Shown piece by piece: positions 20,261 to 28,713 of a stretch of 64,000 nt of DNA (positions are counted from its first letter, which is position 1; the number at the start of each line of letters is the position of its first letter). This DNA is from Flavobacteriales bacterium. Lineage in GTDB: Bacteria; Bacteroidota; Bacteroidia; Flavobacteriales_E; Vicingaceae. Under the pieces are notes generated by a model. It saw nothing but the letters and a program-made list of their open reading frames with translations, did no database searches and was not told the DNA's origin. A program made the position numbers and the translations under genes. Location: assembly GCA_029262875.1 (NCBI GenBank), contig JAJCYO010000035.1:10724-74723 (forward strand), given 5' to 3'.

Positions 20261-20312
20261 ATAAGGAGCGTGTAAACAGTTTTAGATGAACTAAAGGTAA
20301 AATTAATATTTA

Positions 20313-20320
20313 TATATTTG
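20313..20320 (+). promoter_or_regulatory. Candidate Bacteroidota -7 promoter box for the TMTC-like gene pair
   Basis: Perfect TAnnTTTG (tatatttg) 22 nt upstream of the ATG at 20342. No clear -33 TTG found. Confidence 0.35.
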
Positions 20321-20341
20321 TTCGCAAATAACCTTACATGA

Positions 20342-22330
20342 ATGAAAATAAATATTGCTAATATTAAGCATTCACGGTTTTACATTTTAATTGTTGTGTT
20401 CACATTTATAATCTATGGAAATGGAATCAACAATGAATACTCCTTAGATGATAATATAGTCGTGGAGAATAACAAATTAGTCGTTGGGGGATTTAAAGCA
20501 ATACCAAAAATATTTTCTTCTCGTTATGCTGAAGATAAAGACCAAACCTATGATTATCGACCATTGGTCATCGCTTCTTTTGCAATAGAGAAACAGTTCT
20601 TTAAAAAATTACCAGCTTCACAAACAAAAGCTCAGAAATTAAAAAAGGATAAATTAACACAGGCCAACATAAGCCATTTTATTAATGTGTTGCTGTATGC
20701 ACTAACATGTGTATTAATTTTTCAAGTGCTATCTAATGTACTTAGTGAATACAACATCATTTTGACATTAGTTATAACCTTAATTTTTTTAGTACACCCC
20801 TTACATACGGAAGTTGTTGATAATATTAAAAGTAGAGATGAGTTATTGATGTTTTTAGGGATGTTACTTTCATTAAAGTATTACTTAAAATATGCCAAGA
20901 CTTCAAATGTTAAATTTTTAATCATAGCACCTATCTTTGTTTTAATGTCTTTCTTTTCTAAAAAAAATGGTTTTGCAATTGCTGGAGTCTTACCAGTTGT
21001 TTTGTATTTCAAATCTTATGATTATAAAAAAATTCTATTTTCAATGTTCACTCTTTTTGCCATTTTTGGTGTTTTTGTTCTTATAAAAAAGGGTTTATTA
21101 ACTTCTAAAGGAGTTAGGAATTTTAAATACTTTGAGAACCCTTTAATCTTTTCAGATAATTTTATGGATAGGATTACAGTTGGGCTCTATTGCTCTTTGT
21201 TTTATTTGGAAATGTTGTTTATTCCTAAGGATTTATCATTTTATTATGGGTATAATCAAATACCAATGGCTACCTGGTCTAATTGGCGCGTATGGGTTAG
21301 CGTTGTTGTGTTTGTACCATTAGGTGCTTTTGGGTTATTACAATTCTATAAGAGAAAGGTTTTAGGTTTAGGGATTGTTTTATGGTTAGGGATTATGTTA
21401 AGTGTTGTGAATGTAATATTTCCGATAGTGGGTATTGTGGGAGATAGATTCACGTATACATTTTCGTTAGGTTTTTGTATAGTAGTAGGTTATTTACTTT
21501 TAAAACTTTTTAAGGTTGACTTAGATAAAAAGGCATATAAGGTCAATCTATCAACTGGGTTTTTAGCTGTTTTCGCAGGTATATTAATTATATATTCAGG
21601 AAGAACAATAGCTCGGAACCCTGATTGGCATGATCAGATGTCCCTCTATACACACGATGTTGAGCATTTAACAGAATCTGCTAAAGCAAATGCGTTATGG
21701 TCAAATACGTATTATCCTATTTTGGCAAAAGAGATTAAAAATAATCCCGCGAATCCTGAAAATGCAGCAAACATTCAAAAACTAATTTTCCATTACGAAG
21801 AAGCGCTCAGAATAGATTCCAACTACTTAACAAGTATAAATAATTTAGGATCCGTCTATGTCAACTTTCTTACTGATTATGATAAGACAATTTACTACTG
21901 TGAAAAAGCTGTAAGTATGGACCCAGAATATTTTGAAGCCCACTTAAATTTAGCCAATTCATACAGTGTAAAAGGAAATTCTGAAAAAGCTTTAGAACAC
22001 TATTCCAGGGTTATAGAAATAAACCCTAATTATATGCAAGGCTATGAAGCATTCAACAATTCGGCTAATAAATATGGGAAGATAACAGAAGCAATAGAAA
22101 TCTTAAAGATCTCAGCTACAAAAGTTGAACAGCCAAAAAACATATACCTAAACATAGCCAACTTACATAGTTTGGACAATTATAATGTGAGCCAGTCCAT
22201 TGTCTATTTTGTTAAGGCTTATGAAATTGACAAAACGGATAAGAAGTTGTGTAGCCATATTTCAAACTTGTATAATTCAATTGGAGATACAGAAAAGGCA
22301 AATTTTTACTTTTCATTATGTGCACAATAA
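20342..22330 (+). CDS. TMTC-like GT-C-fold glycosyltransferase candidate with C-terminal TPR domain (copy 1)
   Basis: 662 aa with about 10 or more TM segments and an acidic 'DD' (res 36-37) in the first loop after TM1. Also 'YDYRPLV', 'SHFINVLLYALTC', a DUF1736-like 'HPLHTEVVDNIKSRDELL', and C-terminal TPR repeats ('AHLNLANSYSVKGNSEKALEHYSRVIEINPNY'). Confidence 0.7.
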   Translation: MKINIANIKHSRFYILIVVFTFIIYGNGINNEYSLDDNIVVENNKLVVGGFKAIPKIFSSRYAEDKDQTYDYRPLVIASFAIEKQFFKKLPASQTKAQKLKKDKLTQANISHFINVLLYALTCVLIFQVLSNVLSEYNIILTLVITLIFLVHPLHTEVVDNIKSRDELLMFLGMLLSLKYYLKYAKTSNVKFLIIAPIFVLMSFFSKKNGFAIAGVLPVVLYFKSYDYKKILFSMFTLFAIFGVFVLIKKGLLTSKGVRNFKYFENPLIFSDNFMDRITVGLYCSLFYLEMLFIPKDLSFYYGYNQIPMATWSNWRVWVSVVVFVPLGAFGLLQFYKRKVLGLGIVLWLGIMLSVVNVIFPIVGIVGDRFTYTFSLGFCIVVGYLLLKLFKVDLDKKAYKVNLSTGFLAVFAGILIIYSGRTIARNPDWHDQMSLYTHDVEHLTESAKANALWSNTYYPILAKEIKNNPANPENAANIQKLIFHYEEALRIDSNYLTSINNLGSVYVNFLTDYDKTIYYCEKAVSMDPEYFEAHLNLANSYSVKGNSEKALEHYSRVIEINPNYMQGYEAFNNSANKYGKITEAIEILKISATKVEQPKNIYLNIANLHSLDNYNVSQSIVYFVKAYEIDKTDKKLCSHISNLYNSIGDTEKANFYFSLCAQ

Positions 22331-22336
22331 TTTCTT

Positions 22337-24325
22337 ATGAAATCTACATCAGTTTCTAAACTAAATAAAATAATATACGGAAGTATAGTTGTTTTGTCAT
22401 TTTTGATTTATGGAAATAGCATTAAAAATGGGTATGCTATAGATGATGGTTTTGTAACAACTACCAATCCAGAAACCCCAAACCTTAGAATTGAAAAAGG
22501 AATAAAAGGAATACCAGAAATATTTTCAACACATTATGTTGAATCAGAAAAACAGAGTTTTGAATACCGGCCAATAGTCCTTGTTACCTATGCATTAGAG
22601 TATCATTTTTTTGAAAGTAACCCTAGTATTAGTCATTTTATAAATGTGTTAGTTTATGCATTAACATGTCTCTTGTTATTTATTGTACTTTCTAATCTTT
22701 TAAGAAAATACCATCTTGTTTTGCCTCTGCTTATTACTTTTTTATTCATAGTTCATCCTATCCATAGTGAAGTGGTGAACAATTTGAAAAGTAGAGATGA
22801 GTTGCTTTCCTTTTTCTTTGGAATAAGTTCATTGTATTTTTTTCTCAAACAAATAGAATTTGGCAAATGGCAGAATTTGCTTTTGGGAATACTATTTTTC
22901 ACGTTAGCTTTATTATCTAAAAAAACGGCTATTATATTTATAGCAATTATTCCATTAACGATTTATTTTTTCACAGATGCTAAATTGAAGAATGTACTTT
23001 TTTATGGCCTTGTTGCACCTATTGTTTTCTTATGCTATGCCATAACATTGAAGTTTGTATTTCAGGCTCCAGGAATGAGAGAGTATGCCTTTTTTGAAAA
23101 TCCATTGTTTTATGAACCTGATTTTTTTAAAAGGATTCCTATGGCATTTTATACAGCAGGGTACTACCTGAAACTACTTGTACTTCCTCACCCTCTTTCA
23201 TCCTATTATGGGTTCAAGACTATTTCTTTGGTGAGTTGGTCATCAGTCTTAATGTGGTGTTCCTTAATTTTTCATGTTGCACTTGGAATTTATGCCCTAT
23301 TGGGACTTAAAAAGAAAAGAATTATTTCCTATGGAATTCTCATTTATTTAATCGGTATTTTCCCTTTCATTAATCTCGTCACACCGGTTGTAGGTGTCGT
23401 AGGGGAACGATTTATTTACCTTGCATCTTTCGGTTTTTGTATAGGGTTGGCGTATCTTTTGTTATTGACGTTTAAGGTAGGTTATGCTAACAAAACTACG
23501 AAATGGAGTTATTTTAAGCTCGCTTTCAAAGTAACAACGGTTATCATTTTATGCATTTACTCGGTAAAAATAGTTTCAAGGAATTCTGACTGGAAGGATG
23601 AACTTACCTTATTCAGAAATGATGTGGCCCATTTTGAAAATTCATGCAATCTAAACTATATCACAGCAAATGCTTTGTCTAACAAAATAGCTCATACACC
23701 AGCGGGGGTTGAAAGAAATGCATTAATACAAGAAGCGACTTTTTATTACAAAAAGACAGTAGAATTAATGGCTGAAGGGATAAAAAAATACCCACAAGAT
23801 TACATTACATCAAATAATCTTGGAACCATTTATGTAGATATTTTTAAGGATGCAACTAATGCTCAACCTCTCTTTAAAAAAGTGATAGAAACTAACCCTG
23901 ACAACCTGGAAGGACGATATAATTATGGATTTTGTTATGAAAGTAGAAATTTGCCAGACTCGGCCATTACCTGGTACGAAAAAATGCTTTCGGATCAAAT
24001 AAAGTACTTTCCAGCTTATATTCGTCTTCATGATTTGTATTACAAAAAGCAAGACTATAATAAAGCAATTGTTAGTGGTAAAAAAGTGCTTTCTCTGTAT
24101 CCTGAAAAAATAGAGCTTTACATTAACTTAGGTAATTCATATATGTTAAGTGGTGATACATTGAGTGGATTAGAATATTTTGAAAAGGCCGCGGCAAAAC
24201 CACCTTTAGATTATGTCTTACTACAAAATGTTGCTAATGTTTTTAAAACAATTGGAAACAATTCAAAAGCAGCTGAATACCAAGAGAAATCAAAAATAGT
24301 AATGGGCCAGACTCAATATAAATAG
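22337..24325 (+). CDS. TMTC-like GT-C-fold glycosyltransferase candidate with C-terminal TPR domain (copy 2)
   Basis: Also 662 aa and collinear with copy 1: 'DD' at res 36-37, 'FEYRPIV', 'SHFINVLVYALTC', 'HPIHSEVVNNLKSRDELL', 'GERFIYLASFGFCIGLAYLL', and a TPR tail. Confidence 0.7.
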   Translation: MKSTSVSKLNKIIYGSIVVLSFLIYGNSIKNGYAIDDGFVTTTNPETPNLRIEKGIKGIPEIFSTHYVESEKQSFEYRPIVLVTYALEYHFFESNPSISHFINVLVYALTCLLLFIVLSNLLRKYHLVLPLLITFLFIVHPIHSEVVNNLKSRDELLSFFFGISSLYFFLKQIEFGKWQNLLLGILFFTLALLSKKTAIIFIAIIPLTIYFFTDAKLKNVLFYGLVAPIVFLCYAITLKFVFQAPGMREYAFFENPLFYEPDFFKRIPMAFYTAGYYLKLLVLPHPLSSYYGFKTISLVSWSSVLMWCSLIFHVALGIYALLGLKKKRIISYGILIYLIGIFPFINLVTPVVGVVGERFIYLASFGFCIGLAYLLLLTFKVGYANKTTKWSYFKLAFKVTTVIILCIYSVKIVSRNSDWKDELTLFRNDVAHFENSCNLNYITANALSNKIAHTPAGVERNALIQEATFYYKKTVELMAEGIKKYPQDYITSNNLGTIYVDIFKDATNAQPLFKKVIETNPDNLEGRYNYGFCYESRNLPDSAITWYEKMLSDQIKYFPAYIRLHDLYYKKQDYNKAIVSGKKVLSLYPEKIELYINLGNSYMLSGDTLSGLEYFEKAAAKPPLDYVLLQNVANVFKTIGNNSKAAEYQEKSKIVMGQTQYK

Positions 24326-24349
24326 GATATTCAATCATTTTTTTTTGTA

Positions 24350-24379
24350 ATATGCAACTTTTTTTTAAAAAAATACGTC
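24350..24379 (+). promoter_or_regulatory. Conserved upstream element, copy A (ATATGCAAC-Y-T7-AAA-N4-CGTC)
   Basis: atatgcaacttttttttaaaaaaatacgtc. It aligns without gaps to 28559-28588, upstream of the second small-protein/adhesin module. Confidence 0.4.
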
Positions 24380-24385
24380 ACGATG

Positions 24386-24418
24386 TTGTTAGTTAGTAGC
24401 GAAGATTTTATATATTTG
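24386..24418 (+). promoter_or_regulatory. Candidate promoter (-33 TTG / -7 TAnnTTTG) for 24459-28456
   Basis: TTG at 24386-24388 and tatatttg at 24411-24418. The 22-nt spacer is slightly long. Confidence 0.35.
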
Positions 24419-24458
24419 GTTGCAGCTCAACATTGCACTATAATTAAAACCCTAACAG

Positions 24459-24962
24459 ATGAAAAATAAGAAAGGATTAGTAATTGCCATATTATTGGCT
24501 ATAATGATAACCCCTCAGTTTAGCTTTTCGCAAGCTGCTAATAGAGAAACTACTGCAGCACATGGATATGGAGAGTCATGGATGCCAATTAATAAATTTA
24601 AAAATCCAAGCAGTAGTACAGAAACAAATGCCAAAGTTGGCCCTGCACCCTTAATTAATATCTTAAATGGGGTTTCTTTCTATGTGAAAAATACCAAGTG
24701 TAATACTGTAAATGTTGCACTGCTAAAACTTATAAATACAAATAATTATCCTGTTAAAGTGTCATGGAAAATGGCTCCAGAGTCTCCCGTTTCATTTGTT
24801 GAGGTTCCTGCTAGGTATACTTCAGAAGGAGCTTGCGCTAAGACGAAGAAGACAGAAACAACTGATTTGGTTATTGAGCTGTTATCAGGAACAGCTGCTG
24901 AAAAAGCAAAAAAGAAACGTTACATACTTTCAAGTATAACAGTTACTCAAGTAAAAAAATAA
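24459..24962 (+). CDS. Small secreted hypothetical protein
   Basis: 167 aa with signal peptide 'MKNKKGLVIAILLAIMITPQFSFSQA'. Located 26 nt upstream of adhesin 1. No family recognised. Confidence 0.55.
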   Translation: MKNKKGLVIAILLAIMITPQFSFSQAANRETTAAHGYGESWMPINKFKNPSSSTETNAKVGPAPLINILNGVSFYVKNTKCNTVNVALLKLINTNNYPVKVSWKMAPESPVSFVEVPARYTSEGACAKTKKTETTDLVIELLSGTAAEKAKKKRYILSSITVTQVKK

Positions 24963-24988
24963 GTTCTAATTTTTAATATACTAACACT

Positions 24989-27900
24989 ATGAAAAACCCC
25001 ACCATAGTCATTTTATCTTCTTTATGTTTATTGTTTAGCATTTTTCTAAGCGGTACTTTAAAAGCACAAACAGCTTCGGTTACTATAAATTATACCGGGT
25101 TTCAAGCATGTGGTGGATGTACTGTTTGTGGGCAAGATTATTGGTGTTTTAATACACTTTCAAGCTGGTGTGGAAACACAGCTGCTTGTGGAACACAAAG
25201 TTTTACAGACCCAGTTCCTCCAGGGAATATTATTACCAACATATCTATTAACTATTTTTCTGGACAATGTAATGGAGGTAGTTTAACCGCAACCATCAAT
25301 GGAAGTACTTTCCCTACTGTAAATGAAGGAAGTTTGGGTTGCCCATGTTCTTCAAACCCATGCGGTGTTGCTGCTTCTACGGGATCAACATTTCCATGTG
25401 GTATTCCAAGTTATAACTATGGAGCGTCAAACAATTTTCAATTATGTACTGGGGCCGATGTGTGCGTTAATAATGCAGTACTGACCATGACTTATGTCCC
25501 CGCAAATCAAGCGTCACCTGCAACTCAGCCTGGAGCTATATCTGGGACTAGTCCAGTTTGTGTTGCAGTAGCTCAAAATTATTCAATACCAGCTGTGGCT
25601 AACGCAAGTTCTTATACATGGACGGTCCCCGCAGGGTGGACAATAAACTCTGGACAAGGGACAACTGGGATAAATGCCACACCTGGATCTTCAGGTAATA
25701 TTTGTGTTACAGCAAGTAATTTATGTGGAACAAGTGCTTCCACATGCTTTAATGTTACAGTGGGGCCACCAATTACTCCAACCTTTACACAGGTAAATCC
25801 AATCTGTAGTGGCAGTCCATTAGGAGCTTTGCCAACAACATCAAATAATGGAATTACAGGAACGTGGTCGCCAGCGATGAATAATACATCAACAACCCTA
25901 TATACCTTTACCCCTACAGCAGGCTTGTGTGCTAATACAACAACGATGACCATAACGGTTAACCCTAATGTTACTCCAACCTTTACACCGGTTGCGGCAA
26001 TATGTAATGGGGATCCATTGGGAGCTTTACCAACAACTTCGAATAATGGAATAACAGGAACTTGGTCACCAGCAATCAATAATACGTCAACGACTTTGTA
26101 TACGTTTACACCGACAGCTGGAGCATGTGCAACGACAGCAACAATGACGATAACAGTAACTCCTAATACAACACCAACTTTTACTCAAGTAAATCCAATA
26201 TGTGATGGAGATCCATTGGCAGCTTTGCCAACGACATCAAATAATGGAGTAACAGGAACGTGGTCACCAGCTGTAGATAATACTATTACAACGTTGTATA
26301 CCTTTACACCGTCAGCTGGATTATGTTCTCCTACAACAACAATGACGATAACAGTAACACCAAATACCACCCCAACCTTTACACAAGTAAATCCAATATG
26401 TGATGGAGATCCATTGGCAGCATTGCCAACCACATCAAATAATGGAGTGACAGGAACATGGTCACCAGCGATCAATAATACGTCAACGACTTTGTACACG
26501 TTTACACCTACGGCAGGAGTATGTGCTACAACAGCTACAATGACAATAACGGTAACACCGAACACGACCCCAACCTTTACACCAGTAGCTGCAATATGTG
26601 ATGGAGACCCATTGGCCGCTTTACCAACCACATCAACTAATGGAGTAACAGGGACATGGTCACCAGCGATTAATAATACGTCAACAACTTTGTATACGTT
26701 TACACCAACAGCTGGATTATGTGCTACAACAACAACGATGACGATAACAGTTAATCCAATTGTTGCACCAACATTTACACAGGTAAATGCAATATGTGAT
26801 GGAGGAGCTTTGGCCGCTTTACCAACCACATCAACTAATGGAGTAACAGGAACATGGTCACCAGCAATCAATAATACATCAACAACCTTGTACACATTTA
26901 CGCCTATAGCAGGAGCATGCGCAACAACAACAACGATGACAATCACAGTTAATCCTAATGATGATCCAAATTTTGCCTATGCATCAGGAACCTATTGTTT
27001 AACAGGAACCGATCCGTTGCCATCGGTAATAACAACACCAGGAGGTACATTTACCATTACTGCGCCTGGGTCAATTAATCCAACAACGGGGTTAATTGAT
27101 TTGGGAACATCTGGATTAGGAGCATTTACCGTAACCTATAATACACCTGGAGCAAATCCATGCCCTTCTTCAACAACATTCTTAATTACAATAACAGCTG
27201 CACCGTCAGCTGGATTTAATTATGGTCAAGCAGCGTTTTGTCAAGATTCTATAGACCCTGTTTTAACTATGAATGCGGGAGCTGTTAGTGGAGTATTTAG
27301 TGCTACTCCAGGAGGGTTAACGATTGATGCAGCTGGAAATATAATTTTAGCATCAAGTACTCCTGGAATTTACACGATTTATAATAATGTTGCGTCAGCA
27401 GGAGGGTGTGCAGCGGCAGTAGATTCTACCACATTTGAAGTGTTGCAAGTAGATTCTGCTTTGTTTAATTATGGTAGTTCATCTTATTGTGTTAGTGGGC
27501 TTGATCCAATAGCTGCAATTACTGGAACAGCAGGCGGAATATTTACGATATCTGCACCTGGAGCTATTAACAGTGGGGATGGTACGATAGATTTAAGCAC
27601 ATCTGGGTTGGGAACATTTACAATCTATTATAATACAGCACCAGCTGGTAATGCTTGTCCTGCTCTTGATTCAATACAAATCACAATAGATTCAGTAAAT
27701 ACGATTACCCCTAACCCTATAGTGCCAATATGTGCAACTGACCCTTTAACACTTACTGCAACAGGTAGTGGTGTTGGAGTTATTACCTGGTACAGTGATG
27801 CAGGAGGAACAACTTCAATAGGAACAGGATCTCCTTTACTATTGTCAAATCCAGGCGTAGGAATATTTACTTATTATGTAAATAATGTTGGGTCTTGTTC

Positions 27901-28456
27901 AAGCACAATGGATTCTGTAGTTGTCGTTGTAGGTGGAGTTAGTGCAGTAATAAATGCAGCACCTGTTACTGGAGCAATACCATTAAGTGTATTCTTTGGA
28001 AATGGAAGTACAACAGGAGCTGGAATAACTTACACTTGGGATTTTGGTGATGGAAATACAAGTAACCAATTTGAGCCAACTAATGTTTATAATGGGGCAG
28101 GAACTTATACTGCAATCTTAATTGTAACCGATGGTATTTGTTCTGACACAACTTCAATAATTATAGATGCATTTGGAGAGTCAGCTATTTTAATACCAAA
28201 TGTGTTTTCACCAAATGGGGATGGATCAAATGATGTGTTCACAGTTGATGGAATTAACCTTGAATCTGTTGAAGGAGAAATATTTAACAGATGGGGACAA
28301 AAAATGTTCTCTTGGGGTAATGTAAAAGGGTATTGGGATGGAAGAACGTTGGCAGGATCTGAAGCCCCCGAAGGAACCTACTTTTATATTATTAAGGCGA
28401 AAGGATTCGATGGAAGTGAATATTTTGAAAAAGGTGGAGTTAGTTTGATAAGATAA
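24989..28456 (+). CDS. Giant repeat adhesin with type B T9SS (gliding-motility) C-terminal domain, paralog 1
   Basis: 1155 aa. Order of parts: signal peptide; Cys-rich head (13 Cys in about 140 aa); a PKD-like 'SSYTWTVPAGW' module; six 66-aa repeats; Ig-like A/B modules; a PKD-like 'YTWDFGDGNTS' domain; a C-terminal 'IPNVFSPNGDGSNDVF...IFNRWGQKMF...WDGR...GTYFYII...GGVSLIR' (gliding motility-associated CTD). Confidence 0.85.
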   Translation: MKNPTIVILSSLCLLFSIFLSGTLKAQTASVTINYTGFQACGGCTVCGQDYWCFNTLSSWCGNTAACGTQSFTDPVPPGNIITNISINYFSGQCNGGSLTATINGSTFPTVNEGSLGCPCSSNPCGVAASTGSTFPCGIPSYNYGASNNFQLCTGADVCVNNAVLTMTYVPANQASPATQPGAISGTSPVCVAVAQNYSIPAVANASSYTWTVPAGWTINSGQGTTGINATPGSSGNICVTASNLCGTSASTCFNVTVGPPITPTFTQVNPICSGSPLGALPTTSNNGITGTWSPAMNNTSTTLYTFTPTAGLCANTTTMTITVNPNVTPTFTPVAAICNGDPLGALPTTSNNGITGTWSPAINNTSTTLYTFTPTAGACATTATMTITVTPNTTPTFTQVNPICDGDPLAALPTTSNNGVTGTWSPAVDNTITTLYTFTPSAGLCSPTTTMTITVTPNTTPTFTQVNPICDGDPLAALPTTSNNGVTGTWSPAINNTSTTLYTFTPTAGVCATTATMTITVTPNTTPTFTPVAAICDGDPLAALPTTSTNGVTGTWSPAINNTSTTLYTFTPTAGLCATTTTMTITVNPIVAPTFTQVNAICDGGALAALPTTSTNGVTGTWSPAINNTSTTLYTFTPIAGACATTTTMTITVNPNDDPNFAYASGTYCLTGTDPLPSVITTPGGTFTITAPGSINPTTGLIDLGTSGLGAFTVTYNTPGANPCPSSTTFLITITAAPSAGFNYGQAAFCQDSIDPVLTMNAGAVSGVFSATPGGLTIDAAGNIILASSTPGIYTIYNNVASAGGCAAAVDSTTFEVLQVDSALFNYGSSSYCVSGLDPIAAITGTAGGIFTISAPGAINSGDGTIDLSTSGLGTFTIYYNTAPAGNACPALDSIQITIDSVNTITPNPIVPICATDPLTLTATGSGVGVITWYSDAGGTTSIGTGSPLLLSNPGVGIFTYYVNNVGSCSSTMDSVVVVVGGVSAVINAAPVTGAIPLSVFFGNGSTTGAGITYTWDFGDGNTSNQFEPTNVYNGAGTYTAILIVTDGICSDTTSIIIDAFGESAILIPNVFSPNGDGSNDVFTVDGINLESVEGEIFNRWGQKMFSWGNVKGYWDGRTLAGSEAPEGTYFYIIKAKGFDGSEYFEKGGVSLIR
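25775..26962 (+). repeat. In-frame 198-bp (66-aa) tandem repeat array, 6 copies
   Basis: Unit consensus 'TPTFT(P/Q)V(AA/NP)IC(S/N/D)GDPLAALPTTS(N/T)NG(V/I)TGTWSPAINNTSTTLYTFTPTAG(L/V/A)CATTTTMTITV(N/T)PN(V/T)'. Period confirmed on the DNA. Confidence 0.9.
26963..27690 (+). repeat. Second-class Ig-like repeat modules (A-B-A), each about 80 aa
   Basis: Alternating 'YC(L/V)(T/S)G.DP...FTI(T/S)APG.IN...G.IDL.TSGLG.FT..YNT...C' and 'FCQDS.DPVL...GLTIDAAGNI.LASSTPGIYT.YNNV...GGCAAAVDSTT.EV' modules. Confidence 0.75.
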
Positions 28457-28466
28457 AAAGCAAGAC

Positions 28467-28504
28467 GAACTAAACATATTCCAATTTTTTAGTTCTACTT
28501 TTTT
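28467..28504 (+). terminator. Weak terminator-like hairpin after adhesin 1
   Basis: gaactaaa (28467-28474) pairs with tttagttc (28488-28495) across a 13-nt loop, followed by a T-rich run. The stem is AT-rich and the loop is large, so confidence is low. Confidence 0.3.
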
Positions 28505-28558
28505 CTTAAAGTACCTTAGTATTATACCATAATTTGTTTATGACTCATTCGCTCATAG

Positions 28559-28588
28559 ATATGCAACCTTTTTTTTTAAACAAGCGTC
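28559..28588 (+). promoter_or_regulatory. Conserved upstream element, copy B
   Basis: atatgcaacctttttttttaaacaagcgtc. It matches 24 of 30 positions of 24350-24379 in a gapless alignment. Confidence 0.4.
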
Positions 28589-28713
28589 TTATTAACTCAG
28601 AATTATTGTTTTTTCTTTATTAGAATTCTAATATTTTAGATAACTAAAAAACTTTATTTTGTGCCATTAGAATAATATCTATACCTTTAAAAATTAAACC
28701 AAAAACTAAAACA

